The notes below the pieces were generated by a model. It was given only the letters and a program-made list of their open reading frames with translations. It searched no databases and was not told the DNA's origin. The translations under genes and the position numbers were made by a program. A DNA stretch of 63,542 nt, counting the filler, from Atractiella rhizophila (taxonomy: Eukaryota): the NCBI GenBank assembly GCA_021432655.1. It is 7 parts of 5 records of this genome, joined end to end, with 100 filler letters (N's around TTAATTAATTAA, not from the genome) between each part and the next. Parts side by side here need not be neighbours in the genome. Positions count along the whole stretch, not along the records: positions 44,101 to 58,043 come from MU271197.1; positions 58,144 to 60,711 come from MU271205.1; positions 60,812 to 61,867 come from MU271211.1; positions 61,968 to 63,542 come from MU271211.1; 3 more parts are not named here. One strand, written 5' to 3'. How positions within the stretch are numbered: the first letter of the stretch is position 1; each line of letters begins with the position of its first letter. This document shows, piece after piece, positions 50,854-62,346 of the stretch.

Positions 50854-52441
50854 TTACTCCTCTTCACTCCCACTCCATGTCTTTAAAAACTCCTCGCGAA
50901 ACTTTTCACACCTATCGATTGTGTCAGCCGCCCAATGATCGTACCACCACTTCCCTTTTTTCGTCTCTAAAGGGTCTACTCCAAGGTAAGGCCGCCCACT
51001 GATCGTCGTCCGCGCACCAAACCTGACGAGTGTTAGCTCGTCCGTTTGGACCTTTGGCTTGTCGGCGACAAAGAGGGAGAGAGAGAAGAGTGATGAAAGA
51101 GCGACGATGACAAATGATTGAGCTGCCTTTAGTGGGTTCACGCTATGATGTGGACTGCCGCACAAACGAGCCAGATAAAACGCTATCCGCATGCAGATGT
51201 CGAGCCAAAAGCCAACAATGTCGTAGAACATGTTTCTATTTCACAGTCAACCTAACAGTCACAATAAAAATACGAGGGAACATACCCAGCGATGATTCCT
51301 GGATGCACAAGAAAAGATTTTATTCGTGTGCCCCTGCGTCCGAATTCGATTGAAGGCAGATTTCCTTCATTCTCTAGTTCTATAGGGAATTCTCGACCTT
51401 CCGATGTGGACTCGTATTCTTGCTCAAGCTGAGGGAGTAGATTGTTGAAGCCTAAAGCAAGGAGCCCAACTTGAAATTTCGTTGATTGATATGAATTTCC
51501 GCCAGTCAGTGCTTGCCAATCCTTGGGGTCTGCGCGGGTGTGAGATTCGCATGAAAAGGAGACTAGAGACAAACCGTAGTATTTCTCTAGCCCATCAATT
51601 GATCCGGTAAAGACTATTCGCGGATGCTCGAATGGGGATCGCAAAAGATGAGGCGTAAGTTCTCTAGCCTAATTTCGTTCAGCCATTTACCATGTGAGGA
51701 CAGCAAACTAACTAGCAGATAGTGGCCGAAGACGTTGCATGCCCATGTCCATCCTAACCCGTCCTTGCTCTTGTCTCCCTCAGACTCAAGCATGTAGTCT
51801 GGATATGTGACCGCGTCTATAATGTTGGTAGCTATCCTTTTAATGGCATAACCCCATTTTAAGCCAATGAAAGGACCTCCGCCAGCATTCAGCATCAGGT
51901 GCGAGACGTATGGGTACCTTGTGCCATTCTCAAATCCCTATTTATTTGACAGCGCGATTACTCACCGTTGTTTGACCTCTTTGGCACAATGCAGAACGCT
52001 CCTCACGCTGCTCAAATCCAGTGCCACAAATTCAACGCTGACGCCATCCAGCCAAGCTCTCTTCCACTCCTTTGCATCCAGTTTCCGCTTTCCTTCAACC
52101 GAATTGTCACCTTGTAGAATCCTCTTCTTCCTCTCTTGCTTCCATTCCACGTCCTTGTCGTCCTTCTCTTTCTTCCCGATACTTTTCAGAAGGGCAGTCC
52201 GCACTTTGTGAGCCTTAATACTGTTTCGACATGCTAAAATTATCGTTGCTCCGCGAGAACAAGCGAACGGGGAGGAGGAGCCTTGTAGATCGGAAGGCGA
52301 GGGTGTTGAAAGCTGCTGTAGGAGGCGACGCGCGATTCCATAACCCAAACCACTTGAGAGCAGTCAAAATGCGTCACTAGACAACAAGTTTACGAACCTG
52401 TTTGCGCCGGTTATCAAGATTATTGGCTTGCTAGGTTCCAT
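50854..52441 (-). CDS. ERG27: 3-keto-sterol reductase (SDR), Erg27-like
   Basis: ILITGANSGLGYGIARRLL, ILACRN..KA, DGLGWTWACNVFGHY, SYQSTK, VHPGI, C-terminal GSPHH motif. Confidence 0.8.
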
Positions 52442-52501
52442 TTCGAAGTTTGACCCGGAAACGACTCAGGATTACCTCGGCAAGAAAGCGCGAATGAAAC
52501 A

Positions 52502-53624
52502 ATGTGGCAATTCCAGGTTTCACGTGTATCATTCAAACCTTATCGTGAAAAGGACAAGAACAGAGTTCGGGAAATTCAGAACGTGGCCAGCACAATGTCA
52601 CCACACATGCATTTACAGAGCATCCGCCTTCGGGTTATCTATCGTAATTTTTGTGCTATCAGAGCAACTCACACTTCCGCGACGACTGATTCTCCTTTGG
52701 CATCGAACGCTTCGACGTCTTCCCCAACCAAAAAATCACCATATGCAAACAAAAGTGGTATTACCAGGAGGAGAGGGTATTGGACGACTCTACTACCTAC
52801 AAAAAACTTTATCCCACCTCAGAATCAAAAGTACTACGATTGGTTTCACTCCAGTCTCTGGCAACCGAAAAACGGCCTCAACCTTTGGGCAAAGCGTTTC
52901 GTGATTCAACCATTCTTGCATGTCTTCCTCCATATTTTCTATGTCAGAATTAATGAACCTCTTTAGGGGAACTGCTGACATACCCGTGGACCTTCCTCCT
53001 GGATTTCCGAAAATCGCCATAGATTGGGGAAACTTTGAAAACCTAATAGGCGCTTATGGCTTCTTCAATATTGAAAGCTCGCCGCTCCGCTTAGTAGTCG
53101 ATGCCTCTCCATGGCCGCTAAACGATCCTTTAACCCGCCAGATACGAATACAAAACATCTCAGCTCCACTTCCTCCCGTAGCAGTTCGAAATCAGTTTCC
53201 GTATCTGTCAGAACCAGAGAAACTCATCATTGGCCAATTTAAAACCCTACCACCAAAGCTGACAGGTAGAGTGTGAGTCGGACTCCTTCTCCTTATCCAT
53301 AATCATTTTTTTGACGTTGGCTGGTGAGAGAACAGTTACGCAAGCTGGACCTGCAAGGATAATGGAGAAGTCCTTGCAGCGGTCAGACAGGGACCAGTGG
53401 GAGAGAAGCAACGAGAGGTGTGGAGAGTCCATGGAAAGGCAGAATACGACGAGGTCATGGCTGAGATATACAAAAGATTAGGATTGGAGACGGTTGATCG
53501 AGAACAAGACTTGGCCGACAAAGAGACGGTAATGAAGAGACGATACACACCGCAGTCAAAACGCGATATAAGCATGCACGACATGTTGTCAGATTTACTA
53601 GGAAATAGGACTCATAGTAAATAA
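52502..53624 (+). CDS. unknown-family protein; paralog of 44101-44670
   Basis: Three exons; first intron probably GC-AG (gcatgt near 52918 to tttag near 52966); Arg/Ser-rich N-terminus (MHLQSIRLRVIYRNFCAIR) resembles a mitochondrial presequence. Confidence 0.65.
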
Positions 53625-53925
53625 TATCTCCCTAATCACGTCACCGTACACCTGCCTTAAATTTCTGCCCACACAGGAGCAATAAGTAACGCTACCACCT
53701 TACACAAAATGTTAAAAAATTAAGTGCCACATCTCTCAGGTATTAGTTAGATCTATGCATTGCCTACCGTAAGACCACCATACCGAAAGAATGCTCCTGC
53801 TGGTTCCCCAACTGCTTCATAGTAGACCCAAAAGAGTGGGTTGCTGCGCTTTCACAAGGGCGGCCTCAAACCTTACTTGCCGATGAGAATGACTCAACAA
53901 TCAATAAACTATCAACAACGAGGAC

Positions 53926-54972
53926 ATGGTGAAATCTAAAGGGAAAGAAAAAGGCGCTGCAGACCCCAAAAATGTCATGAATAAGTACACCTTAACTTTT
54001 TTTGCTAAGGAAGCTTCTAACCCGTTCTCTTCTAGGGATGTCCTTCAACGACTCAATTTCCTCTATCAAGCTTCAGTGCTCTTTTCCTCTTTGCCTACTT
54101 CGCGAAGTGGCGAAGAGTCTGCCCAAGAGCCATCACTAGGCAAGAATCTGAAATCGAGCACTCGAAGTGGCAGAAAGGCGTCTGCTACTCCAAACAGGCT
54201 CACTAAGGAGATGAAGGAGATAGCAAAGAGGGGAACTGTCCGAATGTTTGTATTTCAATCTGTTGTCCTTTATTTTGTCTCAATCTCCATAGGGATCCAA
54301 ATGTCAAGCGTTCAATCTGCAAAAATTGCTTCGCCATCTTGATTCCCGGTAACACGTCTACGAGTCAGAGGTGTGTTCCCCCATCACTCCACCTTCTCCT
54401 AAGGCAACCCTGTTGATTCGCAAGCAGCCTCAAAGCACCACGGCCACGAAATCTTTATTACTTGTCAACAATGTGGATTCGGCCGTCGCCTTCCTGCGCC
54501 TCCGCTTCTACCCCTTCCAGAAGAACGCATGGATCGAGATTCCCTTAAGACAGTCAAGAGAAACATGCAAAAGCGAGAATTGCAAAAGGATGTAGACATG
54601 CAGGACGTCCGAGATCAGGACAGGGTACCTGTCACAGCTCCTGTTGACCCCCCTCAGCCGCCGAACCTGGCGCCACCTCCTCGGAACGATGCTATTCCTT
54701 CGACTGTTCTCCGTTCCCTCCCGTTCGAAGATACAGGTCTCCCTATAGCAGACTCCTCGACGACAACGGACAAACCGATGGCGCAGAAGGTGCGAGCTAA
54801 AGGAGACAAGCGGAAACGGAGAAGGGAGAGGGCCAACAACGCGAACGCGAAGCTGGGAGATCGAAAGAATGCAGATTTAGAGAGACGGGAGAAATTTCCC
54901 ATGTTTAGTGAGAGAGGAGAGAAATGGGGCCACGTTACGTTTCGGGGGGAAGAGAGGGTAAAGGATTCTTAA
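53926..54972 (+). CDS. RNase P subunit Rpr2/Rpp21-like
   Basis: NRDVLQRLNFLYQAS, RMDPNVKRSICKNCFAILIPG, later CxxC. Confidence 0.82.
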
Positions 54973-55466
54973 CTATGAACTTGACTGGTAGATCGTCCGG
55001 CGAAGCCGTCCAACATCCCTCGATCCGGCATTTGTTGCACACTTCATTCTGATGTCTTCCCCCCGAAGGAGGAACGCTATTTTCCCTTCATTTCGGTCAA
55101 TTGATTGTTGTAAAGATCAACGGTCTAAGAAAGTAGGTAGAAGAAAGATACAAAACGGTATGGATCAATCGATTCAAACTGACATGTAAATATGCGCGAA
55201 TGCCCGTACATTGTTCGAACCAAGGCTTTGAAAGACATATCCAGCGTGAATCCTACATCCTGCCTCAGCTAGAAGCAGCCTCAGATAATTGCGCACACGT
55301 GACGGGACTCTTTGTTTGGCTGATAATGACAAGGTTTGAGGTGATCAAAAGTGATCGAGATCACCATTTAGCGCAACGCGGGGTAACCGGTCCAGGTATA
55401 AAAGGCAGCCTTCTTTCAACCACTTTTCAACGACCTCTCCTTCTGCATTTCGCCCAAACGACAAAC

Positions 55467-56300
55467 ATGACTTCCCCAGAACCCCAGAACACGCCTGCTA
55501 ACGCTTCTTCTGCTTCTCCCGCACCAGTTCCCATCCCGCACGCTCGAAAAGAACGCTCTCAGTCGCTCTCTTCTATCTCCAGCATTGACTTTTCTCAATC
55601 AAGCATTCTCCAAAAACTCGGACTCTCTCCGCCAGTTTTCAGGCCGTCCGAATCTCCTCCTTCGTCTCCCAGCTCATCCTTGCCCCCTACCACTCCGCCA
55701 TGGAATCTTGAAGATCTTCCTCCCGTTGTTGAAGGCAAGCCAGAACATGACAACTCATGGGATACCTCCGCTGAAATTGGCTTGGGCTCCGCAGGGACCA
55801 GCCCTTCTGACATTTGGTGGAGCCGACCCATGAGGAGATCAAGCATTGGGCCCGGCTGGACGATGGGGAAGAAGGACGAATGGAACTTGAACGGAAATGG
55901 GAGTGGATCGGGTGGGAGTGGGGAAGGTGGATTTGGGTTGCTAAGGAGATTGAGCTTCACTGCTTCAGCTCCCCGTGTGAGTGTCTTTTCGTTGATGAAT
56001 TGGTTAGAGTGAATTCGTGTTTGTTCCGTCCAGCCAACTGTCACCGGTACAACTCCTCCTCGTCCCTTATCTTACCCGACTGTCCCTCCACCTACGCCGG
56101 CTGCGAACAAAGACACTCCCTTACCAGCAGTCCCACCTTCTCCTGCCAGGCTGGGTGCTACTACATCTCTCCCTACTTTAGAGGAGGAGCGGCCGTTGAC
56201 GAGAGGGAGAAGGAAACGGAACGCGAGCACGAGTGAGCACAAAAAGAGGAAGATTAGCCCTCATGGAGAAAGAATCTTGACTGGGAATCACCTCCATTGA
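55467..56300 (+). CDS. hypothetical Ser/Pro-rich protein
   Basis: TATAAAA at about 55397, ATG 55467, one intron (about 55976-56033), C-terminal KISPHGERILTGNHLH*. Confidence 0.6.
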
Positions 56301-56769
56301 TCACTCGCTCATGAATACTCTTCAGATGGACGATTTCGCGATTGGATAGGAGCGTTGTTGGTATCTGCTGCGGTGTCTGGGATACTCTGAAAAGCAACAT
56401 ATGTGACTTTTACTTTGAATGTCTTTCTTTCTGTATATCACTGCCTTGTTTGGGACCTCGGTTTTCTCTCTTTCTCCTGCTGCACATATCATCAATCATA
56501 TCGGTGCACAGCTGTGCGCAAAAGTCTTGTACTTGTTTCGTTCGTTCGACTTGGTGTGGAGTCTCATTCCGTCTCGTTCTTTGAAAACCCAACAGAATAT
56601 GTAAAATACATGCTTGAAACATTATAGCCTGGGTCCGAAATGCTAGCGTCTGACTGCTAAACCCGATAAACCATCATCTCAGCAAGCTCCCACAACGCCT
56701 TCCTCAGTCTTGCATCGTCTTCACTATCTGCTTCGACTACCATCCCTGTTGCTTCCATGGAGGGAAACA

Positions 56770-57324
56770 NNNNNNNNNNNNNNNNNNNNNNNNNNNNNNN
56801 NNNNNNNNNNNNNNNNNNNNNNNNNNNNNNNNNNNNNNNNNNNNNNNNNNNNNNNNNNNNNNNNNNNNNNNNNNNNNNNNNNNNNNNNNNNNNNNNNNNN
56901 NNNNNNNNNNNNNNNNNNNNNNNNNNNNNNNNNNNNNNNNNNNNNNNNNNNNNNNNNNNNNNNNNNNNNNNNNNNNNNNNNNNNNNNNNNNNNNNNNNNN
57001 NNNNNNNNNNNNNNNNNNNNNNNNNNNNNNNNNNNNNNNNNNNNNNNNNNNNNNNNNNNNNNNNNNNNNNNNNNNNNNNNNNNNNNNNNNNNNNNNNNNN
57101 NNNNNNNNNNNNNNNNNNNNNNNNNNNNNNNNNNNNNNNNNNNNNNNNNNNNNNNNNNNNNNNNNNNNNNNNNNNNNNNNNNNNNNNNNNNNNNNNNNNN
57201 NNNNNNNNNNNNNNNNNNNNNNNNNNNNNNNNNNNNNNNNNNNNNNNNNNNNNNNNNNNNNNNNNNNNNNNNNNNNNNNNNNNNNNNNNNNNNNNNNNNN
57301 NNNNNNNNNNNNNNNNNNNNNNNN
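56770..57324. other. assembly gap
   Basis: Run of N. Confidence 0.99.
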
Positions 57325-58043
57325 ACCGTAACTGCAGGAAAGTCAGCTGCAGGGTCAGAAAAGACTTAAAACCGACCCATTCTGAATCAAGAGCGTTGCA
57401 GATGAGTTGCCAAATACCTCCGTCATCGCTTTTCCGGAAGCAAGAGGCGTGACCGGATCGTGCGTATTGCTCAGGTATATAATTGGGAATCTAAAATCTT
57501 CAGTTAAACATAGAATAGAAGAGATACTAGAGCATACCTGGTTTGGATTCTTTCCCAGGGACCTGTGAACCGCTCATATGCTTGAAACTTCCAGTCGAGA
57601 CAGTGACCGTAATGAGACAAGCTCCAGCTCTCTCCCTCGATCGAGGAAATGTTCTTCACCTCCTGCGCAAGCTCTCTGAGCTTCCTAAGGTCTTTTCTCC
57701 CACCAATGGGATCCGCATCTCCGCACACAACTGCATAAGTCGCAGGAGAGGTTCCCCCGCCATCAATCCATCTGTGAAATCTGTTCTTATTGACCGCCTT
57801 GTTCTGATCCGAAACTAGGTCTGGAGTATGATCGTCGAAAAGAAGCAAACCGTTCCTGTCTGCGAGAAGGGCATAAAGTTTCTCAGCGAACTTCGGCCAC
57901 CCTTCTGGTCTGTAGAGAGCGCTAAAAATACTGCTCTTGACCTGGGATGCGGTGAGAAGGCCAACGTTTCCGTTTTCCGAAGCTACGGGGAGGGGCGTGT
58001 TGACAAGAGAAGCGATGAAGTTGTCGATTTCGTTTGCGAGGGA
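57325..58043 (-). CDS. hypothetical protein fragment (possibly hydrolase-like)
   Basis: Open minus frame with VCGDADPI and YGH, plus splice signals; both ends missing. Confidence 0.4.
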
Positions 58044-58143
58044 NNNNNNNNNNNNNNNNNNNNNNNNNNNNNNNNNNNNNNNNNNNNTTAATTAATTAAN
58101 NNNNNNNNNNNNNNNNNNNNNNNNNNNNNNNNNNNNNNNNNNN
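58044..58143. other. artificial scaffold linker
   Basis: N-TTAATTAATTAA-N, 100 nt. Confidence 0.97.
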
Positions 58144-58344
58144 CTTGAACCATACCGTGGAGAGGGTGAAGAGAGCGGCGACCGTAAAGGTGGTGGCCTC
58201 CAAAGAGGTGGCGAAAGAAGCCTCCCCTGAGTAGTAGGCTGCTAAGCAGGTAAACGTAAAGACAGGGGTTTGTTAGTCATAGATAGGAAGGGTGGGAGGT
58301 GTTCTTTTCTTCCCCATATCTCTCTCCCTGCTTTGCTTGGCAGT

Positions 58345-58686
58345 AGGAGTCGAAGGGAGGCAAAGATTTTCGTTGAAGGGCTGCCGAGGGAAGTGACGGA
58401 CGACATGCTTTCCGTCCTTTTCCAACAGTGCGTCCAACCCAACCCTTCCTTCCCCATCCTTCAAAAAGCAAGCTCATGCGAACATGTGAATGTGAATGTG
58501 GACAGATATCCAGGCTTCCAATCCGTCCGCCTCGTCCCCTCTCTCGCTCCGACCACGCCGAATTCTGGACTCGCTTTCGTGCAATACGATACCCCAGGAC
58601 AAGCGGAGCAGGCGAAGCTTGCGTTGGATGGGTTTCAGATCGCGAGGGGTGTGGGCATCAAAGTCGGTTGGGCAAAGAGAGGTTGA
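58345..58686 (+). CDS. U1A/U2B''-like C-terminal RRM, partial
   Basis: KIFVEGLPREVTDDMLSVLFQQ|YPGFQSVRLVP...AFVQY...AKLALDGF...KVGWAK; upstream exons unclear. Confidence 0.75.
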   Translation, partial: RSRREAKIFVEGLPREVTDDMLSVLFQQCVQPNPSFPILQKASSCEHVNVNVDRYPGFQSVRLVPSLAPTTPNSGLAFVQYDTPGQAEQAKLALDGFQIARGVGIKVGWAKRG

Positions 58687-59052
58687 TTGGTGTGGTTGGG
58701 GGGTGTGATAAAATGTAATGTGATGTGGAGTGCGGGATTGATGGGAATCATGCTCTGTTTGCTTGTGTCAAGCCTGGAACGTTGCACGGTGATTGTGGAG
58801 AGTACACAGTGGAGGTGGTTCAGGATGGGGTGGACACCCAAATTTCCTTAGTTTAGCATCTTTGTCCATTCCAGTCAGCTTGCTCAGGCTTCTCTCGGGA
58901 ATGATGGATGTGGATCGCAATTATGCAAGTGTAGAACATTATATACTTTTACTTCCTTCCTCTGATGGACGGACATCAATGTCGGTCTAGGTTTCAAGAG
59001 GGGCAAGTGACTTACCTCTGCCCTTCCATGTAGGTGATGTAGGAGGGAAATC

Positions 59053-59600
59053 TCAGCGTTTCTTCTCCATCAACTCCACGTTCGCCTCTTGGAACCGTTG
59101 GGATATCCTATCCCATTATACAAGATCAGGAATGCTCCAATCCGTAAACTTCGTCGATGAGATGGTGTGGAGTGTCGAGTCTTTCTCCTCCATGACACAT
59201 TCAATGTATGTGCATCAAAATTGTTCCATCCTCTTCCTTTTTCCACCAACCCTTCCACCAACCAACGGCCACAGAGAGAAATAAAGGGAAAACTCACCGC
59301 TGACTATGACCCATGAATTTCTCAGCACAGTTCCTCATACACCCCTCCTCCTTCGAGCTTAAGCTTTTGGAGGTGAAATCGTTCACACAGTGTGTGAAAC
59401 ACTTCTCCACAAGGCGAGAGTAGACGAGCATCATGTCCTTCATCTGTTTCCACCCAAAGACACAAAGGTATATGTAAATTAGTATATTTCTATTGTCTAG
59501 GCCAGCTGTTCCACAACGCTTATCCACAGTTTTGTATAGCTGAGTAGGAAATTTTTTAAAACCAACTATACGACCAATCTTCGCTTTCTCTTCTTCTTCG
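59053..59600 (-). CDS. TIM9: mitochondrial small Tim chaperone Tim9; first exons uncertain
   Basis: [44 protein letters not shown] (twin CX3C) spliced to [17 protein letters not shown]. Confidence 0.82.
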
Positions 59601-60711
59601 CAGGTCTTCCTTCCCGTGTGTTCGCTCAACAAATCGAGCGAATAGGAACGGTAATATAAGAAGTGTTAAACTAGGCTAGCTTACGTAGGTCGTGACCATA
59701 CTGTCAGAATTTACTTTTGTTTATCCATTCTCATTTTCGTTCTCCCATCGTGTGGTGCGCAGAGTAGTGCGTTTGCTGCTCCATGATGCTAAGGTCAGCA
59801 AACATGCCACAAAAACGAGACCGAAGTCCCACAATTGGCGTCCTGTGTTACTGTTTTATATTATGTCGTTGTCTCTGTAGGAGGTCCGGACTCAAACCTA
59901 ATAAGGGCAGGTTCGCAGCTTTCTCATATGCTTTCCCTTACAGGTGAGATCCTCTGGTTCTATGGTAACCGGATAGCGTACCTACCTCCCCGATCGCAAT
60001 ATTTAGATTTCTTGCATTCTTTCATACGAACACCTCGGCACATCCCGTCCGTAAAATTTGAAGGTAAATTTCGTCTTTCTCAAAAAGCGAGCATACGTCT
60101 ACGAGAATGACTCTGGACTGTAGGAGGGGTAGAAAGGTGGATAGCTTGTCTTGTTTGTGCTGTTCGAGTGAGTGGTGAATTGCTCACATTAGGGGAGGAA
60201 GAAGGGGGTTTAGGAGAGGTTGTCGCAGAGAGGTGGGGAGGCGGAGGGGAGACGCGGTGGCAGACGCCGAAGTAGAGAGAACTGAACGCGTCGCTCCTCA
60301 CCGTAGACAAGCTCGTCAAACCATGCCTACGGCGCGACTTGACTTCTGAACTACGACCAACTTCTCCGCTACAGAAGGAACCCGTGCTTAAAGAACTTGT
60401 ACCAGCAGACAGCGCAACGTCTCATAATATCAGCGTCTTCCGGTCCGCGTTGGGTCCGTTTCTAACTCTAGCAACAAACAAACTATTCTAGGCTCTAAGT
60501 CCTTCCGTTCAACTAACCCTTCCGAACTGTTGGAGGCAGGCCCACCTTCTTTGCTGCTGTGGACAGGGTCTGAGTCGCGAACTTGGTTATCACTGGTGTA
60601 TCGATCGTTTATTGTCATTACCTGCGGAGAAGGGAGAGAAGTCGGCTAGTCGTTCGGAAGCTCGCCATAGACGTTGTCGTCGTCCAACAGAGAGGAAGGC
60701 AGTAACACAGC

Positions 60712-60811
60712 NNNNNNNNNNNNNNNNNNNNNNNNNNNNNNNNNNNNNNNNNNNNTTAATTAATTAANNNNNNNNNNNNNNNNNNNNNNNNNNNNNNNNN
60801 NNNNNNNNNNN
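60712..60811. other. artificial scaffold linker
   Basis: N-TTAATTAATTAA-N, 100 nt. Confidence 0.97.
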
Positions 60812-61851
60812 GGGAGCTGGAGAGGAGGAGGTGCTCGCACGAAGGTTGGAGCGCAATCGAGCCAGGACGGGGGACACGTCCGAGTATGCCCATTCGCTGA
60901 ATCCCATCGCCGTCAGAGCCGCATCCACTTGGGTCGGTGTGCGTGAGAAGAGGACGGAGAGACGAGTGGATAGGTCGGGTAGTTGCAGGATGGCGGAGAA
61001 GATGAAGCGACCTATAGTGGTCTGTACAAGCAATCACGTTTTTAGTCATCTTCAAAGGGGAGAACGACACCCATACCTTGAACCGATCACTGACCTGGAT
61101 AAAAACATAGTCATTGTCGTCTCGTAGAAAGAGGATAAGCAAACCTGTGATAACGGCTCTAAGATGCCAATCAACTTCTTGAGTTCCAGCTCCACCTTCC
61201 CTTCGGAAATCTTCAGCAAATCCTCCAATTCAGCTTTCCTTCCATTCAGAAAGTCATCAACGGAGCACTCTCGAATTCGGAAGATGAGGTATCGATGGGC
61301 TTCGAAGACTGCCCGCGAAATCTGACACACCACACTTGTAGCTGGGTCCGGTCCATCACCCATCATACCTGAAGGTCGCCCTTTGCCAGCGGGTGAACCT
61401 CTCGACGGAGGGAAAGTCTGGGGAGGAAAGGAAGGAGGGGTCCCATCTGCAACAAATCAAGGTGAGTCACGCGTGATTTTAAGGAACGCGACGACAAACG
61501 CGAGAAAGGTGGATGTAGAATCGGCTTGTTAAATGGGGAAGTTGGATTGAAAGTTGGAGTTTCAGCGAGGAATGAAGGCGGTGAGGGCACGAAGTTTGAA
61601 GCGGGATTGAAGCCTCCGATGATATGCGGGAAAGGTGAAGTGGAATTGCAAGGCGGCCGCAGATCTACGGATGGAAAGGAAGGGCTCGAGTGAGGAGCAT
61701 TGTCGTGTAATGGCGACGCTGGAGCTGTCGGCATGGTCTCGCCAAATCTTGACGTGTGAAACATGTCTCTAGGAGGAGGAATACCAGCCATTCGCTCCAG
61801 TTCAAATTTGATAGGAGGAACCGTTAGAGGATGGATTGAACTGGCATTCAA
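60812..61851 (-). CDS. hypothetical spliced protein fragment
   Basis: Consecutive minus ORFs (Pro-rich, then helical) separated by GT-AG-like gaps; scaffold only about 1 kb. Confidence 0.4.
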
Positions 61852-61867
61852 GAGCTTCGATTGAGTG

Positions 61868-61967
61868 NNNNNNNNNNNNNNNNNNNNNNNNNNNNNNNNN
61901 NNNNNNNNNNNTTAATTAATTAANNNNNNNNNNNNNNNNNNNNNNNNNNNNNNNNNNNNNNNNNNNN
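61868..61967. other. artificial scaffold linker
   Basis: N-TTAATTAATTAA-N, 100 nt. Confidence 0.97.
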
Positions 61968-62346
61968 CCCAGCCTATGTCATGCATTACGCAGGCAAGGA
62001 AAATTGCCTCTCTATCCCATCCCAGCTGCTCCGCCAATGGAGGTTTGTCCCAACCTCCTTTCGATGCGATGGCGATGGCGTAACAGAACGTGCGATAACA
62101 ATGATTCACTGCCCAGGTCGGCAGAAGGTGCTCGATTAGAGTGATCGCCTTGGTGGTAAGAGGGGTAGAGGGAATCGAGAAGAAGATTTCAGGGCTCGGA
62201 ATAGGAGCTGACGGTGGAGGCAAGTTGAGTCCAACAAAGAATGCTTGTACTGGAGTTGGTAGCGACTTCATTTGAAGTTTACTAGAGTCAAAAGGATTCG
62301 AATCAGATGGGGAAGGAATACTCGAGTCTGCTTTTAATGTTCCCAA
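61968..62346 (-). CDS. HD-domain protein, cyanamide hydratase/urea hydro-lyase-like, partial
   Basis: IPSTPLT..A.....LPTWAVNHCYRTFCYAIAI...WDREAIFLACVMHDIG (NH..R / HDIG motifs). Confidence 0.75.

Noticed and set aside
26468..57452. Long ORFs made of X in the ORF track
   Set aside because: Artefacts of translating N gaps.
22728..61967. Six recurring TTAATTAATTAA palindromes within N runs, superficially like a repeat array
   Set aside because: They are identical 100-nt artificial spacers. They also mean that neighbourhoods across them (e.g. telomere next to GPI16) have no biological meaning.
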